64,000 bases of DNA from Eubacteriales bacterium (GCA_045535815.1 JAZSMJ010000014.1:1696-65695); one strand, 5' to 3'. Counted from the first letter of the stretch, positions 18,703-28,038 are shown. A program made the numbers and translations. The notes: a model not told the origin generated them from the letters alone.

Positions 18703-19389
18703 GTGAGTAAAAAGAGCTCTCTTTCCGTGCTCACAAACGGAATTTTAAAGGAAAATCCCGTTTTAGTTCTCATCCTTGGTACATGCCCCACTCTTGCAAC
18801 AACTACTACGGTAACGGGCGCACTTGGCATGGGTATTGCAGCATTATTGGTTTTGGTGTGCTCCAATATTTTTATTTCCATGCTCCGCAAGATAATTCCG
18901 GAAAGCATGCGTATACCCTGCTATATCGTAATCATAGCAGGATTCGTCACGATAGTTAAAATGCTCGTTCAGGCACATCTCCCCGATCTTTACGAAATGC
19001 TTGGAGTTTATCTCGATCTTATCACGGTAAACTGTATCATTTTAGGCCGTGCTGAAGTGTTTGCAAATAAAAATCCCGTTCTTGCCTCTGCACTTGACGG
19101 AATCGGGATGGGGCTTGGATTTACTATTGCTCTCGGAGCGATGGCAACAGTTCGAGAGGTATTTGGCACAGCCTCATTTGCAGGAATTTCCATTCCTTTT
19201 ATGGAAGAATTCAAGATCGCATTTTTTGCAAAAGCGCCCGGCGGACTTGTTGTCTACGGATTACTTATCGCTCTTATTTACGTCATAACCAAGGGTAAAT
19301 TTCCGAAGAAGACGTCATTTTCCTGCGAAGGATGTTCAAGGGCTGATGGCTGTGTGATCGGAGCTTGTTCAAAGAAGGGAGTTGAATGA
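18703..19389 (+). CDS. rnfE: Rnf complex subunit E
   Basis: 228 aa. NPVLVLILGTCPTLATTT is the RnfE/NqrD signature. Confidence 0.9.
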   Translation: MSKKSSLSVLTNGILKENPVLVLILGTCPTLATTTTVTGALGMGIAALLVLVCSNIFISMLRKIIPESMRIPCYIVIIAGFVTIVKMLVQAHLPDLYEMLGVYLDLITVNCIILGRAEVFANKNPVLASALDGIGMGLGFTIALGAMATVREVFGTASFAGISIPFMEEFKIAFFAKAPGGLVVYGLLIALIYVITKGKFPKKTSFSCEGCSRADGCVIGACSKKGVE

Positions 19390-19991
19390 TAATGCCGGAT
19401 TTTAAAGTACTTATAGTTATTATGCTTTCGGCCGTATTTGTTGATAATTACGTGCTTTGCCGTTTTTTAGGCATTTGTCCCTTCCTCGGCGTTTCAAAAA
19501 AAATTGACCAGGCATCCGGTATGGGCATTGCAGTAACCGTCGTTATGATTTTGGCAACTGCGGTTACATGGCCAATTCAGCATTTGGTGCTTAACCCGCT
19601 TAACATGAGATATTTACAGAATATCGTATTTATTTTAGTTATCGCAACCTTAGTGCAGATATTGGAAATGCTTTTAAAAAAGCTGTCGCCTTCTCTTTAT
19701 AAGGGACTCGGTGTATATCTTCCTCTTATCACCACAAACTGTGCTGTGCTCGGCGTAACCATCAACAATATACTCGACGGATATTCGTTTATCGAATCTA
19801 TGGCAAGCACGATCGGCTGCGGACTCGGTTTTCTTTTGGCAATGGTGCTCTTCTCCGGTCTGCGTTCACGAATAAATGAAACAAAAATTCCTATGCCCTT
19901 CCGCGGTCTTGCGGTCACACTTATAGCCGCATCATTTATTTCACTTGCCTTTATGGGATTCAGCGGTGTTGTTGAAAACATTTTTGCTTGA
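19386..19991 (+). CDS. rnfA: Rnf complex subunit A
   Basis: 201 aa. It contains NYVLCRFLGICPFLGVS and LPLITTNCAVLGV. Confidence 0.9.
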   Translation: MIMPDFKVLIVIMLSAVFVDNYVLCRFLGICPFLGVSKKIDQASGMGIAVTVVMILATAVTWPIQHLVLNPLNMRYLQNIVFILVIATLVQILEMLLKKLSPSLYKGLGVYLPLITTNCAVLGVTINNILDGYSFIESMASTIGCGLGFLLAMVLFSGLRSRINETKIPMPFRGLAVTLIAASFISLAFMGFSGVVENIFA

Positions 19992-20002
19992 CAGGTGACG
20001 AT

Positions 20003-20836
20003 ATGGAAATTTTAACCGCATTTATTTTTATGCTTGCCGTATCATTGGCAGCTGGACTTTTACTTATCGTTTTCTCGCATATTTTCGCTGTACAGACAGA
20101 TCCTTTGAAAAAAGCTGTGCGTGAATGCTTGCCCGGCATCAATTGCGGCGCTTGCGGATACAAGGGCTGCGATGATTACGCAAACGCATTGATCGAAGAC
20201 GCAGTCAAGCCCAACCTTTGCGTGCCCGGCACGCAGAAGACTGCCGACAGCATAAGTGAAATACTTGGAATTGAAAAAATTCAGATAAAGGACGTTGTTG
20301 CCTATATTGCATGCAACGGAAGCTGCGAGGCTACCTCTTCAACTGCAATCTACGAGGGTGTGACAAGCTGTCATGCGGCTTCTATGCTTTACGGCGGAAC
20401 AAACTCCTGCCGATACGGATGCCTTGGATTCGGAGACTGCGCTATAGCCTGTCCTTCTGATGCCATATACATTGCAAGCGGCATTGCTCACGTTGATACG
20501 TCACGCTGTGTCGGCTGTGAAATATGTAAAAACGTCTGCCCAAAACAGATAATAGTTATGCTCCCTCAACTGTCTGACGTTGCCGTTAAGTGCCAAAATA
20601 AGCAAAGCGGTGCTCTTGCCCGAAAGGCTTGTAAGAATGCCTGCATCGCCTGCAAAAAGTGCGAAAAGGCTTGTCCGAGCGGTGCGATTACCGTAAAGGA
20701 CAATCTTGCTAAGATCGATTACAGCGCATGCAACGGTTGTACTCTATGCGTTGACGTATGCCCGACCGGATGTCTGAAAAAAGTTAGGTTTTATGATCTT
20801 CCCGAAGATTATAGTGCCAAAGAGCTGAGCGAATAA
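20003..20836 (+). CDS. rnfB: Rnf complex subunit B (polyferredoxin)
   Basis: ATG 20003 follows AGGTGA (the ORF opens at 19988). It has an N-terminal TM segment, CGACGYKGCDDYA, and several CxxCxxCxxxCP clusters. Confidence 0.88.
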   Translation: MEILTAFIFMLAVSLAAGLLLIVFSHIFAVQTDPLKKAVRECLPGINCGACGYKGCDDYANALIEDAVKPNLCVPGTQKTADSISEILGIEKIQIKDVVAYIACNGSCEATSSTAIYEGVTSCHAASMLYGGTNSCRYGCLGFGDCAIACPSDAIYIASGIAHVDTSRCVGCEICKNVCPKQIIVMLPQLSDVAVKCQNKQSGALARKACKNACIACKKCEKACPSGAITVKDNLAKIDYSACNGCTLCVDVCPTGCLKKVRFYDLPEDYSAKELSE

Positions 20837-20837
20837 T

Positions 20838-21239
20838 ATGAAAGATAAAAATAGCACCGTAGGATCAAAATTAAGAAATGATCTGATATTCATTGCTGTA
20901 CTCCTTCTGATATCGGCTGTAGGCTTTTTGTGTCTGTTGGTCTTTCGAGGCAAGGGTGATGTTGTCCGGGTTACCGTAAACGGAGAAGTATACAAGGTTT
21001 ACTCTCTGTCGGAAAACATTACCGAGGATATTCTATCCGGAGAAAATGGCGAACAATTCAACCGCCTTGTCATTCAAGACGGACAAGCTTATATACAGAG
21101 TGCAAGTTGTCCCGATGGGATCTGTGTCGATCACCGACCGATCTCCAAAAGCGGTGAAAGTATCATTTGCCTGCCAAATAAAGTTGTTGTTACTGCTATT
21201 GCCGATGAAAAAAACTACAGTCCTGACATAGTATCTTAG
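20838..21239 (+). CDS. NusG domain II-containing membrane protein
   Basis: 133 aa with a TM anchor and the ..CPDGICVDHRPISKSGESIICLPNKVVV motif typical of this Rnf-linked family. It ends with TAG at 21237-21239. Confidence 0.7.
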   Translation: MKDKNSTVGSKLRNDLIFIAVLLLISAVGFLCLLVFRGKGDVVRVTVNGEVYKVYSLSENITEDILSGENGEQFNRLVIQDGQAYIQSASCPDGICVDHRPISKSGESIICLPNKVVVTAIADEKNYSPDIVS

Positions 21240-21251
21240 AAAGGTCTCACT

Positions 21252-21746
21252 ATGAGCAAAAAAATAAATAAGTTGGCTTTACTGGGCATATGTACGGCAC
21301 TTGCGTTGATATTGGCTTACATAGAGCTGCTTTTGCAACCGCTTTTCCCTGCTATACCGGGAATAAAAATGGGATTGCCTAACGTTATAATCATCTTTTT
21401 GCTATACAGAAGGGATGCTTTATCAGCATTTAGTGTGTCCCTTTTGCGTATAATCCTCTCAAGTATCCTTTTCGGTAATCCTGTTACGTTCTTATATAGC
21501 TTAACGGGCGGTATACTCAGCCTAACCGTTATGACAGTTATTCGACGTATCAATTTGATGTCAACGGTAGGAGTAAGCGTTGCAGGCGGAGTCACGCATA
21601 ATATCGGACAGGTACTGATAGCAAGTCTCCTGCTCGAAACGTCAGAGATCGGTTACTATCTCGTTGTGCTCACACTCGCAGGTACGATAGCAGGAATTTT
21701 TATCGGGCTATGCGGATCAATTCTGATAAAAAAGCTCCCGAAATAA
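21252..21746 (+). CDS. Gx transporter family membrane protein (heptaprenyl diphosphate synthase component I-like)
   Basis: 164 aa with 4-5 TM segments. The fold type and its position beside rnf/apbE match this family. Confidence 0.65.
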   Translation: MSKKINKLALLGICTALALILAYIELLLQPLFPAIPGIKMGLPNVIIIFLLYRRDALSAFSVSLLRIILSSILFGNPVTFLYSLTGGILSLTVMTVIRRINLMSTVGVSVAGGVTHNIGQVLIASLLLETSEIGYYLVVLTLAGTIAGIFIGLCGSILIKKLPK

Positions 21747-21756
21747 CTTAATTAAG

Positions 21757-21786
21757 GAAAAAAAGGAGATTCTTCTCCTTTTTTGT
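21757..21786 (+). terminator. Rho-independent terminator after the Gx transporter gene
   Basis: Stem aaggaga (21763-21769) pairs with tctcctt (21774-21780), followed by ttttgttt. Confidence 0.6.
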
Positions 21787-21799
21787 TTAACCCAAGATC

Positions 21800-22852
21800 A
21801 TGAAACAACGAATTCAATGCATATCACTTATTCTATGTCTCTTTTTCATTTGCACAGCACTCTCTTCGTGCTCGCAAAAAATGACAAAAAACAAATATAC
21901 TGCCTATTCGATGGACTATTTTGATACGGTGATCACCATTGTAGGATATGAAAACACAAAACAAGAATTTGACGCTGTTGCGAATGAGATCATTGCACAG
22001 CTCAAAGAATATCATATGCTTTATTCTATTTATCACCGCTTTGAAGGTATGGAAACCCTCTGTACGATAAATGATATATATAACGGCGAGCATCGCACAA
22101 CCGAAGTTGATAAGCGTATAATCGATATGCTTCTTTACGCAAAGGATATATACACAGCAACAGATGGCACCGTTAATATTGCTATGGGAAGCGTTCTCTC
22201 AATTTGGCATTCATACCGTGAAGAGGGCATAAATAATCCGTCAGAGGCTTCCCTGCCCCCTATGGATAAGCTTAGGACAGCCGCAGAGCATACCGATATA
22301 ACAAAGATGATTATCGACGTTGATAATAACACCGTTACCCTAAACGATCCTCTGATGAAGCTTGACGTCGGCGCTATCGCAAAAGGATATGCAACCGAAT
22401 GTGTCGCTCGCAGTATGGAAAAAATTGGGATCACGGGTTATATCCTGAACGTAGGCGGAAATATTCGTGCAATAGGATCAAAGCCCGACGGTGAATCCTG
22501 GACTGTGGGAATTGAAGATCCGCAGGGTGGAGACTATCTCGAATACCTTCAGCTGAATGGCTACTCGGTTGTGACAAGCGGCGCATACCAACGTTATTAT
22601 TACGTTGACGAAAAGGCATATCATCATATTATTCATCCCGATACGCTTATGCCGGCGGAAAACTATGTTTCAGTATCGGTCATCTGTAAGGATTCGGGGC
22701 TTGGAGATGCTATGTCTACTGCGCTCTTTTGTCTGCCGCTCGATCAAGGAATTGCTCTTGTTGAATCATATCCCGATCTCGAGGCTATGTGGATAACCGA
22801 AGACGGCGAAAAAGCCGTATCGTCCGGTTGGGATGAGTTTGTAAAAAAATAA
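21800..22852 (+). CDS. apbE: FAD:protein FMN transferase (ApbE family lipoprotein)
   Basis: 350 aa with lipobox TALSSC. It contains MDYFDTVITI, LDVGAIAKGYA, NVGGNI, SGAYQRYY and HHIIHPDT, the ApbE hallmarks. Confidence 0.9.
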   Translation: MKQRIQCISLILCLFFICTALSSCSQKMTKNKYTAYSMDYFDTVITIVGYENTKQEFDAVANEIIAQLKEYHMLYSIYHRFEGMETLCTINDIYNGEHRTTEVDKRIIDMLLYAKDIYTATDGTVNIAMGSVLSIWHSYREEGINNPSEASLPPMDKLRTAAEHTDITKMIIDVDNNTVTLNDPLMKLDVGAIAKGYATECVARSMEKIGITGYILNVGGNIRAIGSKPDGESWTVGIEDPQGGDYLEYLQLNGYSVVTSGAYQRYYYVDEKAYHHIIHPDTLMPAENYVSVSVICKDSGLGDAMSTALFCLPLDQGIALVESYPDLEAMWITEDGEKAVSSGWDEFVKK

Positions 22853-22906
22853 AATCGCAGACAATGAAAAGGAAGCCTTCGTTTATCGAAGGCAACGGCC
22901 AAAATT

Positions 22907-23290
22907 ATGATACAGAATTTTATAGCTCAATATAAGGACGTGCTCTATTTACTTGCCGAGTTTTCGTCCGGCACACTTGAACTTATAGGAATTATAATAA
23001 TTATAATTGGCTCTGTATATGCATTGATGCGTCTCATCAGCTCCATGCTGAAAAAGCAACAGTCCCATATCGTTGCTTCCCTTGGACGATCACTCGTGCT
23101 TGCATTGGAATTTAAAATGGGTGCAGAGATCATAAAAACGGTCACCATTCACGATCTTGAAGAGCTGGCTATCCTGGGAGTGGTAATTGTCATTCGTGCC
23201 CTGCTCGCATTTATTATCCATTGGGAAATAAGGAGCGAAGAAAAGGAAAAGGATCTAAAGAGCAAAAACAAACCCGTTGAGGATTTGTAA
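22907..23290 (+). CDS. DUF1622 domain membrane protein
   Basis: 127 aa. LGRSLVLALEFKMGAEIIKTV is the DUF1622 signature as I recall it. Confidence 0.6.
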   Translation: MIQNFIAQYKDVLYLLAEFSSGTLELIGIIIIIIGSVYALMRLISSMLKKQQSHIVASLGRSLVLALEFKMGAEIIKTVTIHDLEELAILGVVIVIRALLAFIIHWEIRSEEKEKDLKSKNKPVEDL

Positions 23291-23649
23291 AATAAGATTT
23301 TAGATTTCAAAAAAGCTGAATAGTTTCTGTAAGATGATTAAATACAATTATATATGTAATCACTACATCATTTACTACATCATTTCAAACGATTTATAGC
23401 ATATCAAAGCATATCTAAACTACTAAACTGTTAAAAGCAACAAAAGCCTATAAACAGATGATTTTCAGCTGTTTATAGGCTTTAAGTATAGCTTGGGCTA
23501 CAAAAGATATTTTCGGCTTTTTTGCGTATGAATTTGAACTCTTACGGCTTTAGTGATAGAGCAAATCAATGGTGTTTGCAAATACCTTCCTTTTTAGTTG
23601 CCCAATTGCTTCATAAAGTCCACCTCTTAAGAATGGCAAACGGGAATTT

Positions 23650-24102
23650 TTATAAGAATTTAATCATCTTGTAGAATTTGCCGTCTTTATCCTCATCTAA
23701 TTCGTAAATACTAAATCCGAGTTTTTTATACAGATTTAATGCTACAGTATTATCACAATCCACTCCAAGCACGATTTCTGAGTACCCTTTTTCCTTTGCA
23801 ATGGAGAGTATATATTGTAAAATCGCTTTACCATACCCTTCACCACGATAATTTTTCTTCACAACCAGACGGGGGAGATACAGACGTTTATCGGGCACGG
23901 TTTCGTATTCGGGCTTGTCATACACTAAATCACACATAGCAATATATTGATCTTCTACGGTCAGAATAAAAACATCACGATTCCCCGTTTTGATTTGTTC
24001 TTTAATCATATTTTCAGTATACTGGAATTTCTGCTTATTCCAAATCTCACTGCAATTCGAGTATTCTTCTGATCCAATTTGTTTAACACTATAAGCTTTC
24101 AT
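23650..24102 (-). CDS. GNAT family N-acetyltransferase
   Basis: About 150 aa from ATG 24102 (GGAG SD). RLVVKKNYRGEGYGKAILQYILSIAKEKGY is acetyl-CoA binding motif A. Confidence 0.8.
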   Translation of the reverse strand: MKAYSVKQIGSEEYSNCSEIWNKQKFQYTENMIKEQIKTGNRDVFILTVEDQYIAMCDLVYDKPEYETVPDKRLYLPRLVVKKNYRGEGYGKAILQYILSIAKEKGYSEIVLGVDCDNTVALNLYKKLGFSIYELDEDKDGKFYKMIKFL

Positions 24103-24507
24103 ATTTTTTCGTTCTCCTTTTGCCTTATTTGTTGAAGCCATATGATTTTTTCGTCAAATGCTTATTTAACTGTCTGTATCATAGTATAAATGAAAACGAT
24201 TTTCAATGCGAAAGGATTTGATTCTCATCGCTACGACCCTTCAAGTCCTTGTTTTATGCCTGTATCAAATAGAAAAACACTCCTTTCGGAGTGCTTCTCT
24301 ATTTGGTGGATGTCTATCGACTATAAAAAAGATATTTTGCGTTTTTAGTGATCGGATTTGAACCTACACATTATATCAATGCATAATAGATAATTGCAGT
24401 TATCTATTGGATTTTTTGCATTGGCATATCATAACATCTTGTATCATGTGTAACTACATATTGTATGATATCTTTGGAATATCGCATATTCAATTCAAAA
24501 TGCTATC

Positions 24508-24536
24508 TTGAAAAATTGTGAACTCTATTGTATAAT
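24508..24536 (+). promoter_or_regulatory. Sigma-70-type promoter (TTGAAA-17-TATAAT) of the ATPase-DUF4435 gene
   Basis: TTGAAA at 24508-24513, a 17-nt spacer, then TATAAT at 24531-24536. This leaves a ~155-nt leader before ATG 24698. Confidence 0.6.
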
Positions 24537-24697
24537 AAAAAGTGAGCAATATAGATATGTTGCTACTATGAGGTATATCTGTTTCTACAGCTAATCAGAT
24601 TTTGGCTGCAATGATGTTGCAGCCGGTAGGCCTGCTACATATCGCGAGGATAGACTTTGAGCATAAAAGAAAACTCCGATAAGGGAGGGAGTAGAAA

Positions 24698-26293
24698 ATG
24701 AGAATTAAAAAAGTGCATTTGGAACAGTTTAAACGCTTTACCGACCTAAGCATTCAAAACATACCCTCAACAGCAAAACTTGTAGTCTTGCTTGGTCCTA
24801 ATGGATGCGGGAAGAGTTCTGTTTTTGATGCATTCAAAACATGGCATCTTTTTAATGGCTATAGAAATGGAGCCAATAATGACTATTGTCGGAAAGATTC
24901 TGATAGTGCAAAAAATAGTTTTGAATTGGTTAACATAGATTTTCATACCGACATCTCTTCGTTTTCACAGGAGCAATGTCATCAATTTTTCTATTTTAGA
25001 ACGGCATACCGAAATTCTCCTCAAATTTCAATTAAAACGTTGAGTGAAGTAAAATCTCCACTTGAAACGGCTGATCATAAAATGATGATTCAGAATGATT
25101 CAACTGTAGATGATAACTATCAACGGCTTATTTCTGAAACTTTGTCACAATTTTATAGTGAAAAGAATGATGGAAAAACAGTTAAGTCATTAAGAGATGA
25201 AACGCTCAAAAAAATCAGAGAACCACTGAAGCGGCTTTTTTCTGATTTAACATTGACGGAAATTGGTTTGGTTACAGATAAGGCTGAGTTCTACTTTTCT
25301 AAGGGAACAACGACAAAGTTCGGTTATGAAAAATTATCTGGTGGAGAAAAGGCTGCTTTTGATTTGCTTTTAGATATGGTTATTAAAAGTGAATTTTACA
25401 AGAATACTATTTTCTGTATCGATGAACCTGAAACGCATATTCATACCAATTTACAAGCACGGCTTCTTACTGAACTATTCCAGCTTGTTCCAAATGAATC
25501 TCAGTTATGGATTGCCACCCATTCTTTTGGAATGTTAAAAGAAGCCAAAAAGCTCTTGGAGCAGCATCCTGGAGAAGTTGTTTTCTTAAACTTTGATGGA
25601 TATGATTTTGATGAGAATGTGACTTTAGAACCAAGTAGTTGTGACACATCCATCTGGAATAAAATGGTGGAAATAACGCTGGACGATTATGCACCGTATC
25701 TTTCTCCTGAGACAATTGTTTTTTGTGAAGGAACCACTCGAGGTAGAAAAAGGAAAGACTTTGACGCTCGTTGCTATTCTACCATTTTCAAGAGTACACA
25801 TCCGAACACCATTTTTTATTCACTTGGAGGTTGCAACGATATAGAAAGCAAACAATCTGTTGTTGATTTCATAACCAGTGTATCTCCATCTTCGACCATA
25901 GTACGTCTTGTAGATCGAGATGATAGAAGTCCTGAGGAAATTGCAGACCTACGAGCTGATGGCATTAAAGTGATTTCGCGCAGACACATTGAATCTTACA
26001 TCTTAGATGATTCTGTTTTAAAGAAATGGTGTCAAGAGACTAATTCACCGGATAAGGTGAATGATTTGTTAGCTATTAAAACACAAAAAGTCTCGGAAAG
26101 TGTTGCTCGCGGAAATGCACCCGATGATATCAAGTCCGCAGGAAACGACATTTGCACATTAGGGAAAAAACTTCTTGGTGTTACGTGTTGTGGTAATACC
26201 GGTGAAATGATTATGCGTGATACATTGGCAAAACTAATTACCCCAGATATGGATATTTATCAAGAATTAGAAAACGACATTTTTGGAAGCTAA
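24698..26293 (+). CDS. ABC-type (SMC/OLD-like) ATPase fused to a C-terminal DUF4435/TOPRIM-like domain; candidate single-gene defense protein
   Basis: 531 aa with GGGAGGGAG SD. Walker A is LLGPNGCGKSS (res 31-41). The signature-like motif is KLSGGEKAAFDLL. Walker B is IFCIDEPETHIH. The H-loop is WIATHS. The C-terminal ~200 aa carry IVFCEG (TOPRIM Glu), LVDRDDRS (DxD) and RRHIESYIL. Confidence 0.75.
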   Translation: MRIKKVHLEQFKRFTDLSIQNIPSTAKLVVLLGPNGCGKSSVFDAFKTWHLFNGYRNGANNDYCRKDSDSAKNSFELVNIDFHTDISSFSQEQCHQFFYFRTAYRNSPQISIKTLSEVKSPLETADHKMMIQNDSTVDDNYQRLISETLSQFYSEKNDGKTVKSLRDETLKKIREPLKRLFSDLTLTEIGLVTDKAEFYFSKGTTTKFGYEKLSGGEKAAFDLLLDMVIKSEFYKNTIFCIDEPETHIHTNLQARLLTELFQLVPNESQLWIATHSFGMLKEAKKLLEQHPGEVVFLNFDGYDFDENVTLEPSSCDTSIWNKMVEITLDDYAPYLSPETIVFCEGTTRGRKRKDFDARCYSTIFKSTHPNTIFYSLGGCNDIESKQSVVDFITSVSPSSTIVRLVDRDDRSPEEIADLRADGIKVISRRHIESYILDDSVLKKWCQETNSPDKVNDLLAIKTQKVSESVARGNAPDDIKSAGNDICTLGKKLLGVTCCGNTGEMIMRDTLAKLITPDMDIYQELENDIFGS

Positions 26294-26702
26294 CTTGATT
26301 GATGAGTGGTTACTCAACTTAATAATCTAAAAACTGACGCCCGGGGAGCCTTTAGGTCCTCGGGCATCGTTTACATAAGTTACGAAACGATAAACGGTAT
26401 TGATTTGAATTCAAAAGAGACAAATGTTTTTCATACTGTATCACTCCTTGTTTGTAATGGAACGATATAGGGTAACGATTTGTTTTTTCTTTAGGATAAT
26501 AGCATAAATTTTACAAGTATAAAATTTTAATATATTTTCCATCATTATAGGAAGCATCTTTGCTCACTCGTATGTGGAACAATATTTTCTAAACATAGTT
26601 TTGTCTTGTGGTTTTCATCGTGCGTTTACCAATCAGCCCCTTTAATTCCTACGAAGAATAGCGTAAAATTGTAATACCATATTCAATAAAGGAGCTGAAA
26701 AT

Positions 26703-27843
26703 ATGAGAACTTACACACAAGAAGAAAAACAAGCAGTTATTGATCGTTTCGTGTCCGGTGAACCGTCAGTAAATATCCTTGCTGAGACCAGCATACCCAA
26801 GAGTACATTTTATGGTTGGCTGCGTGCTTACCGAGAGGAGCAGGAATCCGACAAGCGAAAGACCGTTAACATTCGCAATTTTCATTTGCTTAAAAACAAG
26901 GTTGCACGCTTGGAAAGTATTATTGAAATTCTGAAATCTGCGACTTGTACAGCGAAGTCACCATTGAAGCAACGGTTATATGCTGCTGAACAGCTTTACG
27001 GGAAATACAATGTACACATTATTTGTGATGCGTTTGACATCCCCCGAGGAACATTCTATAACCATGTTCTCCGTAACAAAAGAGACAACACGTGGTATGC
27101 AAAACGTCGAGAAGAATTGAGGCTTCGCATACAGGAAATTTTCGACGAAAACAATCAGATCTTTGGTGCTGCCAAAATCACAGCCGTTTTGAAAAGTGAA
27201 GGTGTCAAGACAAGCAAAAAAATGGTAAGCACACTCATGCGTGACATGGGATTGGTAAGCATTCGTCAATCCGCAAAGAAACTGTACGATGATGAAGGAC
27301 GCGAACACAAAAATTACCTTAACCAAGAATTTGACACGAACAAGCCCAATGAGGTGTGGGTCAGTGATGTTACCTATTTCAAGTATAATGGAAACGCTTA
27401 TTACATTTGCGTAATCATCGACCTGTTCTCTCGTATGGTCGTGGGGTATAAAATAGGCAAGACCAACAGCACGCAGCTCGTAAAGTCAACTCTTCAAATT
27501 GCATATAGAGAACGTCAACCGGATTCAAATTTGATCTTCCATACCGACCGTGGTGGCAACTACCGTTCCAAAACAATGAACGATTATATTCGGTCGCTGA
27601 ACATCACACACTCATTCTCGCGTTCACACGTTCCATACGACAATTCTGTAATGGAGTCTTTCTTTTCATCCATGAAGCGTGAGGAACTGTATCGGACGAA
27701 GTACCGCTCAGAAGCAGACTTTCGAAAGGCTGTAGATCAGTACATAGTTTTCTATAATACCAAGCGTCCGCACCGAAAACTGTAATACAAGACTCCTGCA
27801 CAGAAGGAAGAGGAATATGCCTTGGAATATGAGGATTTATAAG
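26703..27843 (+). mobile_element. IS3-family transposase gene (single 360-aa ORF, HTH plus DDE/rve), with conserved C-terminal tail cut off by an in-frame TAA
   Basis: The N-terminal HTH is EKQAVIDRFVSGEPSVNILAETSIPKSTFYGWLRAY. The rve core is WVSDVTYF..DLFSRMVVGY..HTDRGGNY..YDNSVMESFF. After RPHRKL-TAA (27783-27785) the same frame continues YKTPAQKEEEYALEYEDL to 27843. I could not locate the IS terminal inverted repeats. Confidence 0.8.
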
Positions 27844-27983
27844 ACATGTGCAGTCAGACTGTAGGGTTCGAAAAGGATTGTTTTTGAATTTTTGGATTGC
27901 AAAATTGGGATTTTTCTGTTTTTAGTTCGAGTGATAAAAAGAAAATGCGACCTCGAAAAGCCGCATAAATACTGAGTTTATAA

Positions 27984-28031
27984 CAAAAACACCATTGAGT
28001 CCGAACTTATGGGTTCAGATTTCAATGGTGT
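27984..28031 (-). terminator. tmRNA rho-independent terminator
   Basis: Stem acaccattga (27989-27998) pairs with tcaatggtgt (28022-28031) around an inner imperfect stem. A U-run follows on the minus strand. Confidence 0.75.
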
Positions 28032-28038
28032 CTTCATA

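Noticed and set aside
23500-24372. Shared words (aaaagatatttt, gcgt, gRatttgaac, tttagtgat) on both sides of the GNAT gene, plus a T-loop-like ggatttgaacc and tggtgga at 24305. These could be att sites or tRNA fragments.
   Set aside because: The words appear in a different order in the two copies. The longest exact match is 12 nt of AT-rich sequence, which is expected many times by chance in 64 kb. The putative T-arm does not base-pair.
26560-27960. Terminal inverted repeats and target-site duplication of the IS3 element.
   Set aside because: I compared both flanks by eye and found only a 7-nt shared word (cactcg-type). The boundaries cannot be supported without an ISfinder alignment, so none are reported.
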